Shown here: one piece after another, positions 26,815 through 37,885 of the stretch
How the letters are laid out: each line of letters opens with the position of its first letter
Numbering within the stretch: position 1 is the first letter of the stretch
Origin: Macrostomum lignano
Lineage: Eukaryota
Length of the DNA stretch: 64,000 nucleotides
Assembly: GCA_002269645.1 (NCBI GenBank)
Contig: NIVC01000568.1
Coordinates: 372,001-436,000, forward strand
Reading direction: 5' to 3'
Notes under the pieces: model-generated
Databases searched by the model: none
The model's input: only the letters and a program-made list of their open reading frames with translations
Told to the model about the DNA's origin: nothing
Position numbers and translations under genes: made by a program

Positions 26815-27975
26815 CCTAAGGGGGGGGCGCCCCCCCCCCCCCCCCCCCCCCCTGGTTGCGCCACTGGCTGCGACCGCTGATTCTTTGTATTGTTTTTCTG
26901 TTTTCAGATCCTACAGACAATGCATTGTTTGTAGTAATGGATTGTTCTGCATTAAAAATGTGAATAATGATCGTCAAATTGCTAAACAATGCTTTTAAAC
27001 GAGCCTCATACTTTTTTCGCCATGAATCGGCTCGTTTCCGGTCCTGAGTTATCAAGTTGTCCTTGGTTTTAGTGTCTCCATTATGGTAAACACTATATTG
27101 TCTTCATTATTGTAAAATCGTCTATGGTAAAGACACACAAAAGGCCTGACTAGCATGGCATTGCAAGGTCATCAGGCTATGAACAATTAAAGCTTAAACT
27201 GCGAACTGCACAGGAGTGTATTCTACTGGCCAATCCTCCACTCCGCCTCTTCTGTACATTTTTTTCCAGAACGAAGCGCACTTTAACTATTTTTTTGAAC
27301 AGACCAAAGTCCGGAGAAACGGGTCAAACTTAATCTTTTTTCTCGATTTTTTTTATAATTTTAAAATAATCAGTAAAAATTTTGCTCTTGCACGTGCTTC
27401 TTATCTCAGTTCTTGAGCATTGGTGCAGCAATACCGGTTGCTACCAGTTGATGCCAGGGGAGGCAAAGCCGCCGCAGGTAATTTTTTAAAAAGTGGTTTG
27501 TGATTTCTTTATTAGCGGTTTTGCCTTTATCAGAGCGGGGTTACCCAATAAAGAAACGGTGGCTGTAGAGGTGTTCAAAGGCAACTATTGAACACGAGAA
27601 TAGCATTGCTCACTTCGATCGTCATTGGAAAGGCGGCGAATTGCGTTGTCACTTGTAATTTATGGCAATAGCTGCTATTCGTTTGATGGCTTAAGAGATT
27701 TAGCTTAAAAACACATTAACTATATTTTTCTAATCACTAAAATAGGCCCTTTCTCATGGCTCGTGCCAGAGACAGGATTTTGTTCTGGGGAGGGGGGTCA
27801 GCCAACCCACTTGACCCGTCCTGGATCCGCGAGTGAGTTCAAGCTTCGAGCTACGAAAGGGCAAACGAAACATTTTTCTGTTTTCCAGAATGGTCATACA
27901 TGTACACCCCCCCCGAATTCTCTCGGGAATGGGGGGGGGGTCAGACGACCCCTTGAACCCCTGGATCCGCCAGTG
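26815..27975. mobile_element. Cluster of degraded MITE-like ends (G/C-run hairpin termini)
   Basis: C-run-TGGTTGCGCCACTG at ~26830-26868; two related ends CCTGGATCCGC(C/G)AGTG at ~27820 and ~27960; no partner termini located. Confidence 0.4.
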
Positions 27976-28809
27976 CATGCAAAGTTGGCACATATCCAAA
28001 TTCCTAGTGGAGTCGGATAGGGGTTGGGGGGGGAAATTTATTCAAGTGTTGCAATTCTTTTAATTGGCACTAATTAGATGACGAGGCGTTTTCGTATTGT
28101 AAGACTGTTAAGTTACTCCTACTGTTTACCTACAACAATACATTAGTGGGATAATGAACACAGTGGAATATTGGAAATGCATCGGCAATTCAAATAAATA
28201 ACTATACATTTCATGTTGATAATGACTTTTATTTATTTACTTTTCATTGAGCGAGCCACTTTACCAGACCTATATTTAGTTGCTAAAACATTCTTGTTTT
28301 AACCAGTTGGCCAAGGAGGTCAAAGGTTGACATCGACATTGCTCTGAGTTGTGCTATTTTCAGCGATTTTATAATACTGTCATTGTAAAATGGTTTTCTC
28401 TCTGTCACATGAAATTCTCTCTCCGATCTCTCTCTCTCTCTCTCTGGGTTCAGAGTTAACTGAATGTTGACTTTGAAACGAACTCCTCGATGCGGGGTAT
28501 CCGTATTCGATAATAGACTGGGTAGCTAATGCTCTCGTCAATTTACTTGTAATAATACCCCTGCACATACGGTACTGCAGCACTTCATTGCACTGCCAAG
28601 GGCTTGTCAACTTTGATGCGATAAATATTTTGGGTTGGGTGCGGGGCTTCTGAACCATTGTAGTGCATTCGAATTGAAATTTGAAAACTGAATTACAGGC
28701 TTAAACTACATCTTGAAAGGTCCTTCACGGGTCCTTCCTGTGAAAATATGCATGTAGTACCTTAAATGTTAGGTATCTTTTTTGGGACTGCAAATTATCA
28801 CATAATAAT

Positions 28810-29045
28810 AGGGACATTGGAAACGAAACAATGATGGGATATTGGACACACAATGATGGGACATTGGACACAATGTTGGGATATTAGACGCACAATGATG
28901 GGATATTGTACACGCAATGATGGGGACATTGGAAACAATGATGGGATATTGGACACACAATTTGATGGGATATTGGACACACAATGATGGGGATATTGGA
29001 CACACAATGATGGGGATATTGGACACACAATGATGAGATACTGAA
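28810..29045. repeat. 22-23-bp minisatellite, ~10 copies
   Basis: Unit GACACACAATGATGGGATATTG. Confidence 0.9.
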
Positions 29046-29714
29046 CATAAAATGATCATTGAACCCGAAGGAACCTGATGATTGTGAAACTTCTGTAGGT
29101 TTTATACATTGAAGATATTGTGTATACTACTACGCTCAATGAGGTCAGTAGTATTGCCAGAAAATTTTGATTCCTATTAGGAACTTCTGTTTTATTGGCT
29201 TTAGTGCGCTTCAAATTCACGGTTTTAATTTTCCTAATTTCGCTGATGCCTTTTCTGCTTTTGTTAAAATAAACGTTGCGCAGCCACAGTTGATGATGGC
29301 ACTTGTGTTTCTTTCGTTGTAAATTGTAACAAACTGTAAAAATAGTAATTATTGATCACATTGATCCCATCCAACTCCCACTTACTTCCTTATCCACATT
29401 CTAAATGTTTGTAGAGAAGAATATGTGCCAGCTGCAAAAACTTTTGCTGTGCTGCAAGATACGCTCGTATTCAACCGACTGATTTCTGAGTAAAGTTGTG
29501 AAGCCTGCGATCTTAGCTATATTTTCATGCCAATTTATTTTTCTAACTAGTTATATTCTTTTCGATACATATCGCTACACGTTTTAAATAGTAATTTCTG
29601 CCTAAAAAGACAAAAATGCAAGCAAAATGCAAATGCAAAATGTCATTATATTAAAAAATTCTTGTTCTGTACAAACGTATTTAATAAAACAATCAAGCGA
29701 TAAGCATTACATGT

Positions 29715-29719
29715 AAAAA
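29715..29719 (-). terminator. RNA polymerase III T-run terminator of the tRNA-Ala
   Basis: TTTTT 5 nt downstream of the tRNA 3' end on the minus strand. Confidence 0.7.
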
Positions 29720-29724
29720 TTCTA

Positions 29725-29797
29725 TGGAGTACCAGGGCATCGATCCCTGTACCTCTCGCATGCTAAGCGAGCGCTCTACCATTTGAGCTAGTACCCG
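29725..29797 (-). tRNA. tRNA-Ala (AGC)
   Basis: 73-nt cloverleaf: D arm GCTC/GAGC, anticodon arm CTCGC-TTAGCAT-GCGAG, T arm CAGGG-ATCGATG-CCCTG, G3:U70 alanine identity pair, discriminator A. Position 1 reads C instead of G (C1:C72 mismatch). Confidence 0.9.
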
Positions 29798-31024
29798 ATA
29801 GTGATGGGTACCAGATTTGACATCTTTGTATCTCGCAAAGGAATTTATTCTTCCGTTGCTGAAAAAAGAGGAATTTAAGGCCGTTTTTTTCAATAAAAAT
29901 TGTGAAACAATCAATATAAAATGTGAAGGTTTCTGTGTTTAGCATGCATTAAATTTTTCTATGTATGACATTATGTATGACATTATGCATGACAGTAAAT
30001 AAACAATTTACTGCTCTATGTGTACATACTGGCAAAAGCACTCAATTCCCATTGCATTGGGAATTGCATTTGCATTGACACCACAATTAAGCGACAATTT
30101 AGAAATTTTGAGGGGGCAACCTATACTAAGCCTCTTCCAAATCAGCATCATGCATGCGTCTGCGTCTAAGTCCAAACTGTTCAAGAATCGGCGACAATCG
30201 CAAAAGAAGACAAAAAGATATAGCAAACATTTTGACACGGCTGAGGGGAGCCATTGACCTGGCACCCTCGCCTTCCCTCATGCACTGACTACAATGACTA
30301 AATAATAAGATTTCCTAGTAAAATATCAATCTCTTTCTACAGTTTTATAAATTTAGATATTTTTGTTATAGCACTTGAAGTAGTATTGCAATAAGAAGAA
30401 ATGATCTAAGAAGTTGAAAATGTTGGTAGAGCAAGTGAACGAAGCTGGAATTTAGGGTAAATTTACATAAATTATGAAGAAAATGCACCGTTACAAGTCT
30501 AATCTGTTTAGTACCTAATTTCTAGTTCAAAAAGTATTTGTTTAAATATTATTTGCTTTATGGAATTTTGGACTACGAATGCGTTAGGCCGGCCGCCGGG
30601 CCGCGAAGCGAAGAAATACCAACAACACCCTGCCTATTTGTTTTTGGGATATATTTCCATTTCACCCCCTAGTATCTAGTCTATAGGTGAAATCTCACTA
30701 TATAGGAATCTAATAAAAATTTAAATAGCCTTATCTTGCTTTTTCTTATTTTATCTAATTCTTAAAATTCTTAAAAATTCTTAGCATTAGATATAACTTG
30801 CTCTGGCTTTACTATCTACTAGGCCTACTAAGTAAATCAAAATGTATCGATGTGACGATGTATGCAGTATGCTACAGCAAGAACAAGTTTGATAAGTTTT
30901 ATTAGCAAGTTTTTTTACAACATGGCTAGCTAGCCAGCAACACCAAGCTTTATTATGAATAGCACTTCTGTCTGATGTCCTTTTTGAGGCACATCTAGAG
31001 GAATTCCTCTAGCATTGCAAAAAA

Positions 31025-31284
31025 CCTAAGCCTGATTAAGCACTAATTATATGCTTCTAAACTTGTTTAGACTATTTCTATTTAGGCCCTATTTGTTATT
31101 TGTTAACTTGTTAGGGCCTAAAGACCATAGATGTTTGGACTAAAGTCTAGACCATAGACTTTTTTCAAGTTGCAAAATGTTTTAATGTTTTGGCCATGGC
31201 ATAGACTATTTGTGGCTTTCTGATGTTAGTCCCATTATAACAACAAGTTTAGAAGCATAGAATTAGTGCTTAATCAGGCTAAGG
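31025..31284. mobile_element. 260-bp fold-back/MITE-like element
   Basis: 43-bp inverted repeat arms 31025-31067 and 31242-31284 (CCT(A/T)AGCCTGATTAAGCACTAATT(A/C)TATGCTTCTAAACTTGTT, 2 mismatches); internal CCATAGAC motifs; no TSD seen. Confidence 0.6.
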
Positions 31285-31671
31285 TCTCTTAAAGGTAGTT
31301 TTTTGTACTTAAAATAGTTTGTAGATTACTTTTCTGGAGTTGAAATAATCTAAATATACTAATGTCTCTATCTAACTAGGCCTAACTGCTTGACTGACTA
31401 GGCCCTAATTGACTATTTGTATTTAATTGTTATATAACAACAACAACAGAGTACGCTGTCAGTTTGCGAAAGCAGCGTCAGATGGTGCACTTCGAAGCTT
31501 GGGCACGAACAAAGGCCGCACCATTGGCAGAGTCTAGGGCGCCAGTGTCAGCCAGCAGACAGTCGACGTAGCGCCGAGTCCTCGCCTGTCCCCGCCGGTA
31601 GGGTGCCTGCAACATAAGTAGCAGCATCTCCTGCACTGGCTCCGGACAGTAGGCCTCAGCGTAGATGACAT

Positions 31672-31972
31672 CCCTATTGCAGCGCATGGCTTAAGTACGC
31701 CAGACACCTACACAACCTGCGCCACGCTGTGAAATGACTTACCTGTGAAAGAAACCTTAAAGCAAAATTAACGCTTAAGTTTTGGGTAAACGGCAGGAGT
31801 AACTATGACTGTCTTATCAAGCCTAAATGCCTCGGCATCTAATTAGTACTACGCCCGTATTCTATGGGGTGGCATTTTTGCAACTTACCCCTGGTCCACC
31901 ACCAATGCTGCGCCGCGCAGGCTGATCCGCGCCGGACGCCGTCCGCCAAAATGCCCATGTACTGCAATCAGG
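31672..31972 (+). mobile_element. 301-bp MITE-like insertion carrying a 28S rRNA fragment (copy 1)
   Basis: 8-bp TSD GATGACAT (31664-31671, 31973-31980); imperfect TIR CCCTATTGCAG / CTGCAATCAGG. Removing the element and one TSD restores the LINE frame QLASHVIYAEAY. Confidence 0.8.
31784..31847 (+). other. 28S rRNA-derived fragment (helix 69-71 region, R2/I-PpoI target), not an rRNA gene
   Basis: GGGTAAACGGCAGGAGTAACTATGACTGTCTTATCAAGCCTAAATGCCTCGGCATCTAATTAGT versus the remembered conserved eukaryotic 28S GGGTAAACGGCGGGAGTAACTATGACTCTCTTAAGGTAGCCAAATGCCTCGTCATCTAATTAGT: 31/33 identical at the 5' end, 22/23 at the 3' end. Confidence 0.9.
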
Positions 31973-34072
31973 GATGACATGGCTTGCCAGCTGGAGTCGC
32001 CGACGGCGCAGCAGATTGCTAGGATGGGCCAGGCTGGTGCAATGATAGAGCGTCGTGTTGGTGACTCGCTCGTTGCTGATCTTGAAGGTGGCACGCAGCA
32101 GGCCAGTGTGCGCCACGTTGACTTGAGCCTCAAGTGAGTCTGTTAGCGTCTAGGTCTCAGTGTTGTATAACAGGATGGTCTCGATCACCGCCTGGAACAG
32201 CGCTGCCTTCTGGCAGTCCGGTAGGGCCTCAGACTGCAGGACTGACCTTATAGAACAAAAGGCAGCCCAGGCAAGTCCTTGGCGACGCTGCAGATCCTCA
32301 CGGACATCGGGAACCAGACCGCCGAGGTAGACGAACTGCTGACATCTTGGAATGTCAGTTAATTGATGTCAGTTAATTGTTATATATCCTATTAAAAATA
32401 ACATTTTAAAACAAACTAGAAGATTGCCACTTGATATATACTCAGCAATAGCTAACCACTAAGTGTAAGTCTAGGCAAAACTGAGTCAAGACATATTTGT
32501 AAGTAAAGGAGAAAATAGGCTTACACAAAAAGAACTATACCAAATTTACTAAGTATTGACTTTATAACACAAAACTATGTATATCAATAGACATGTCTAT
32601 TGGTTGGCAGGAGGTTAAAACTATGTATAAGTTGGAAAGTATAAATATTTCAATAGATATGGTCAGGAATAAAGCAATAGCATATAAGAATGATTAGTCA
32701 CAGGAAAGAGAGAGAGATGATGATGAAACAACATAAAAAAACAAAGTACAACCCTAACACTAGGCTTTTCTCATATACTAATAGAACCTTGATTGTCATA
32801 GGGTTAGATATAATAAAAAATTTTTGCCATCTAATACCTTTTTTAGCATTGTATAAAAATCACATATATGTTAAAGTATTGTCACTCATTATACCAATGG
32901 TATCATAATTTGTATTTTGAAAACTATCAAACTATTAGTGATTATAACTTAAATCATGAATTTTATCTATTCTAAGATTTTGTCTTATTAACTTATATTA
33001 AATATTTGCTAGTTTGTGACCTTGAATCATTTTTCATTAAGTAATGTTTTTTGTCATTGATTAGATCTATGATATCAAGACCTTAATAATTATAGTGATT
33101 TTTATCGATATATCTATATACTTTGAAGTTACATTAGCTATGCAACTTATTTTTTATTGAAAATATGACTTAGTTTTGTGACTAGCAGATTTATATATAA
33201 AAATGAACAATATTTTTTTCTAATCTTCTTTTTTATGTGGTAGCCTCTAATTAGGCTAGTTTATTCTTTATGCTTGTTTGTGTATATAGAACATTTCTAC
33301 GAATAGTTGCATAAGTGATCATTTATGATTTAGGCCTTTTTATATATGTAGCAAAGAGGCCTAGTTTTATTTTTTAAACATAGCTTTAGACTTAGTAGTG
33401 AACAACAGAAGTAATAGGGTATTTCCATTTATCCTATCCTATTTTTATTATCATATCCTATTTCTCCTTTTATCCTATCTCTATGGGTTAGACAAAATCA
33501 CATTTTTTTTGAAATTTTTGCAACTCAAGATCTATACTTTTGAGATAATTGAGATTTGATCATGATTTGATATTAAGCCTAATTAGTATCTATTTACACT
33601 ATTCTAAATCCTTTTTATCCTTCCATTTTTGAAATATTATTGCCTGAAGATAGTACAAGCTATAGTAAAACATTTTCAGTAATCAATATAAAAATCAATA
33701 ATGCATATATTTAATAGTGCAGGCATTTTGCAATTATTTTCCTATTTTTTACATTTCTAAAGCAAAGAATTTAAAAAACATCCCTAAACCATACTCTTGA
33801 GCTCGACTTAGATTAGACAAATTGTATTGGAATATTACAATTAAAAAGCATAAAACTCTGGGCTTTCTTAAGCATCAAAGTTAAACTGAAAACTGGGTTG
33901 CCAGTTAGAATAGGTCAAAAAAGTTTTTAAAAGTACATGGAACTTAAATTGAATCTAGCTTGGAAAAAAACTGGGTGCCAATTTAGCATCAAGATGTCGA
34001 TAATAAAGTTAACACCCAGCCTGTGACCCACCAACTGCAGCCAGTCTAACCACTCAGCTTTAACTCAGCCAG

Positions 34073-34401
34073 ATGCTGAAGAAGTCACTTGGCGGCGTCT
34101 CTTATCGTCGCCTGTTTGACCGGGTCAGTGAGCTGCCCATCCCCCTGCTGCCCGGCGGCAGTTGGCGACGCCTTCGCAATGTCGGCGCCGCTCTGGCCAA
34201 GCTGGAGGTCGGTCCGCAAGAGCCGGGGGCTGGCGGCTTCAGGGAGCGGCACCTGCCGCTGGCCAAGGCGTCGCTAGTCCGTCTGCTGTGCAAAGAGGCT
34301 GCCGTGAGCTCGGCCGGTCAGCAGGCCAGTTTTCAAAACTTGGCCGCTTCGCTTGACCATGCTCTGGTGGGGCAGTTCTACGGCACTCTGAGGGAGCTGC
34401 G
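34073..34401 (+). CDS. TMEM143: TMEM143 (DUF3754) exon 1
   Basis: ATG after in-frame stop at 34061; RERHLPLAKASLVRLL resembles TMEM143 ERFIPFSKEQLLRLL; donor CG|GTGAG, phase 2. Confidence 0.8.
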
Positions 34402-34449
34402 GTGAGCAACTGTGGATCTGTGGCCCAGCAAATGAGGATCTGGGAGGCT

Positions 34450-34748
34450 CATACATGCGCAACAGTCGGCCGAGTCGGCCGATCCGGCCGACCGATCTGG
34501 CGGCCAACCAAGGAAGTCGCAAAAATGCCCACCTGAAAAAATAACCAAGTAGTAGTACTAAGTAGCTGACGAGGCATTTTGGCTTAATAAGACAGTCATA
34601 GTTACTCCTGCCGTTTACCCAAAGTTGCGTTAATTTTGCTTTAGGGTTTTTTTTACATGTAAGTCGCATTTTTGGCCAAAAACTACGTCGCATTTTTGTT
34701 GAAACTAAGTCGCATGGCCGACCAAATTTCGGAGGTTGCTCATGTATG
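34450..34748 (-). mobile_element. 299-bp hAT-like MITE carrying a 28S rRNA fragment (copy 2)
   Basis: 14-bp TIR CATACATG(C/A)GCAAC with one mismatch; exact 8-bp TSD GGGAGGCT (34442-34449, 34749-34756); subterminal GGCCGA and AAGTCGCA repeats. Confidence 0.9.
34557..34620 (-). other. 28S rRNA-derived fragment (helix 69-71 region), antisense to TMEM143
   Basis: Minus strand reads GGGTAAACGGCAGGAGTAACTATGACTGTCTTATTAAGCCAAAATGCCTCGTCAGCTACTTAGT. Confidence 0.9.
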
Positions 34749-35996
34749 GGGAGGCTGGCTTAGCAACTGAGGATCTGTGGCCCAGCAAATGAGGATCTGG
34801 GAGGCTGGCCCATCAACTGAGGAGCTGGGAGATTTGCATAGCAACTGAGAATCTGGGAGGCTGGCCCAGCAACTGAGGATCTGGGAGGCTGGCTTAGCAA
34901 CTGAGGATCTGAGAGGCTGGCCCATCAACTGAGGATTTGGGAGGCTGGCCCATCAACTGAGGATCTGGGAGGCTGGCCCATCAACTGAGGATCTGGGAGG
35001 CTGGCACAGAAACTGAGGATCTGGGAGGCTGAATCATCGACTGAGGATCTGAGAGGCTGGCACAGCAACTGAGGATCTGGGAGGCTGGCACAGCACCTGA
35101 GGATCTGGGAGGCTGGCCCAGCAACTGAGGATCTGGGAGGCTGGCCCAGCAACTGAGGATCTGGGAGGCTGGCCCAGAAACTGAGGATCTGGGAGGCTGG
35201 CACAGAAACTGAGGATCTGGGAGGCTGGCCCAGCAACTGAGGATCTGGGAGGCTGGCCCAGCAACTGAGGATCTGGGAGGCTGAATCATCGACTGAGGAT
35301 CTGAGAGGCTGGCACAGCAACTGAGGATCTGGGAGGCTGGCACAGCAACTGAGGATCTGGGAGGCTGGCACAGCAACTGAGAATCTGGGAGGCTGGCCCA
35401 GCAACTGAGGATCTGGGAGTCTGGCTTAGCAACTGAGGATCTGGGAGGCTGGCCCAGCCACTGAGGATCTGGGAGGCTGGCCCAGCCACTGAGGATCTGG
35501 GAGGCTGGCCCATCAACTGAGGAGCTGGGAGATTTGCATAGCAACTGAGAATCTGGGAGGCTGGCCCAGCAACTGAGGATCTGGGAGGCTGGCCCATCAA
35601 CTGAGGAGCTGGGAGATTTGCATAGCAACTGAGGATGTGGGAGGCTGGATCAGCCACTGAGGATCTGGGAGGCTGGATCAGCCACTGAGGATCTGGGAGG
35701 CTGGATCAGCCACTGAGGATCTGGGAGGCTGGATCAACCACTGAGGATCTGGGAGGCTGGATCAGCCACTGAGGATCTGGGAGGCTGGATCAGCCACTGA
35801 GGATCTGGGAGGCTGGATCAGCCACTGAGGATCTGGGAGGCTGGATCAGCCACTGAGGATCTGGGAGGCTGGATCAGCCACTGAGGATCTGGGAGGCTGG
35901 ATCAGCCACTGAGGATCTGGGAGGCTGGATCAGCCACTGAGGATCTGGGAGTGCCCGTCAGCCATTCCTTAATCGATATGTCTCGCCCTCCCGCAG

Positions 35997-36189
35997 CGAC
36001 CTGTTCGCCCCGCTGAACCCAGACGACGACACGCCGACCAATCAGATGCCGCGCAGAGCCCGACTGGACGCGGAATTTGACTTCCTGCGCCGTCTGGCCG
36101 CCGTGCTGGAGGCCGGCAATTTTCGCGAATTGGGCAGCGCTCAGGTGGCCAGGGCGCTCAGCCTGCACAAGTCCAGGGCCGGCGTGCAG
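35997..36189 (+). CDS. TMEM143: TMEM143 exon 2
   Basis: Acceptor CCCTCCCGCAG|; DLFAPLNPDDDT...RLDAEFDFL..L..VLEAGNF resembles LYDPINPDRET...ANF; donor CAG|GTGACT. Confidence 0.88.
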
Positions 36190-36249
36190 GTGACTTGAAA
36201 TTATGATGGAGTTTAAATAGTACATGCTGTCCTGCTGCCATCCCCGTTC

Positions 36250-36470
36250 TGCACCTCTTCTTTTCTCTTCCCCTGTGCTCCCAGTCTCTTCCCATCATTC
36301 CCCTGTGCTCCGAGTCTCTTCCCATCATTCCCCTGTGCTCCGAGTCTCTTCCCATCATTCCCCTGTGCTCCCAGTCTTTTCCCATCATTCCCCTGTGCTC
36401 CCAGTCTCTTCCCATCATTCCCCTGTGCTCCCAGTAGTCTCTTCCCATCATTCCCCTGTGCTTCCAGTCT
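36250..36470. repeat. 30-bp minisatellite in TMEM143 intron 2
   Basis: Unit CCCTGTGCTCCCAGTCTCTTCCCATCATTC, ~7 copies. Confidence 0.95.
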
Positions 36471-36609
36471 CTCCGTCTCACCAAGTCTTTACTGTGTTTT
36501 CTTGCATTCGTTAAAATGCAAATCTCTTAATATACGAGTGCAGTGTCTTCCCAGCCAATCCAAAGAGTCATAACTGTCATCATGCGCTGCTCCAACCTCT
36601 GCATCCCAG

Positions 36610-36868
36610 GTGGGCGTGGACCTGTCCAAATACGACGTACTCCGCGTGTGGGTCATCGGCCAGACTGAGGCGCCTAAAGCCGCTGCCACCGGCCTACTGG
36701 GGCGGGCTCGGTCTGTGCTGATGAGCGGAGGCCGTCGCGGTGGCGCTGGGGAGCCGCAGCTGTACCAGCGTCTGGTGCTGGCCGTCAGGCTCAAGCAGAG
36801 CGATCGGCTGAGCGTTAAAATGTTTAAAAACGTGGACGCCAGCGAGATTGACATGCTGCTGCCTGAGG
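36610..36868 (+). CDS. TMEM143: TMEM143 exon 3
   Basis: Acceptor CATCCCAG|; VGVDLSKYDVLRVWVIGQ...YQRLVLAVR...KMFKNV...IDMLLPE resembles VTVNLDQY...FKRVVLAAR...KSFKD...LEQLLPE; donor G|GTGAG. Confidence 0.9.
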
Positions 36869-36949
36869 GTGAGGCGCTTTCAATTGCTGTGATGCACCAG
36901 GAATCCAGGATGCGGAATCTGTAGAGTCTTGGTATTTAAGGTATTTCAG

Positions 36950-37885
36950 ATCTTAGGGTTAAAGATCAGGATCTTGAGATTAAGAATTAAGATCTTGTGA
37001 TTTCAAATTAGGATCTTTGGATTAAAAATTAAGATTTTGGGATTAAGATCAAGATCTCAGGATTAAAGATCAAGATCTCGAGATTAAAGATCAAGATCTC
37101 GGGATTAAAATTAAGATCTTGGGATTAATGATCAAGATCTTATTAAAGATTAAGATCTTGTGATTAAATATCAAGATCTCGGGATTAAAGATCAAGATCT
37201 CAGGATTAAAATTAAGATCTTGGGATTAATGATCATGATCTCAGGATTAAAATTAAGATTTTGGGATTAAGATCATGATCTCAGGATTAAATATCAAGAT
37301 CTCGGGATTAAAGATCAAGATCTCAGGATTAAAAATTAAGATTATGGGATTAAGATCATGATCTCAGGATTAAAGATCAAGATCTCGAGATTAAAGATCA
37401 AGATCTCGGGATTAAAATTAAGATCTTGGGATTAATGATCAAGATCTTGGGATTAAAGATTAAGATCTTGGGATTAAAGATCAAGATCTCGGGATTAAAG
37501 ATCAAGATCTCAGGATTATTGATCAAAATCTCGGGATTAAAGATCAAAATCTCAGGATTAAAGATCAAGATCTCAGGATTAAAGATTAAGATCTCAGGAT
37601 TATTGATCAAAATCTCGGGATTAAGGATCAAAATCTCAGGATTAAAGATCAAGATCTCAGGATTAAAGATCAAGATCTCAGGATTAAAGATTAAGATCTC
37701 AGGATTATTGATCAAAATCTCGGGATTAAAGATCAAAATCTCAGGATTAAAGATCAAGATCTCAGGATTAAAGATCAAGATCTCAGGATTAAAGATTAAG
37801 ATCTCAGGATTATTGATCAAAATCTCGGGATTAAAGATCAAAATCTCGGGATTAAAGATCAAGATCTCAGGATTAAAGATTAAGA
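36950..37885. repeat. 21-bp minisatellite in TMEM143 intron 3
   Basis: Unit GGATTAAAGATCAAGATCTCA; source of the spurious IFNPEIL and LKIKISG ORFs. Confidence 0.95.

Larger units (their letters stand above)
31436..32352 (-). mobile_element. 5'-truncated, decayed RTE-type LINE 3' end, interrupted by a MITE
   Basis: FVYLG...AAF...LFQAVIETILLYNTET*TLT...RRRRLQLASHVI-YAEAYCPEP...RRGQARTRRYVDCL, the C-terminal signature of RTE-type ORF2; (TTG)n tail at 31436-31449. Confidence 0.85.
34406..35950. repeat. 28-bp minisatellite filling TMEM143 intron 1
   Basis: Unit AACTGAGGATCTGGGAGGCTGGCCCAGC with variants; starts directly after the GTGAG donor. Confidence 0.97.

Noticed and set aside
31784-31847. 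rRNA gene or R2 insertion site
   Set aside because: Only 64 nt match, the flanks are not rDNA, and both sides of the R2 site are present with no R2 sequence between them.
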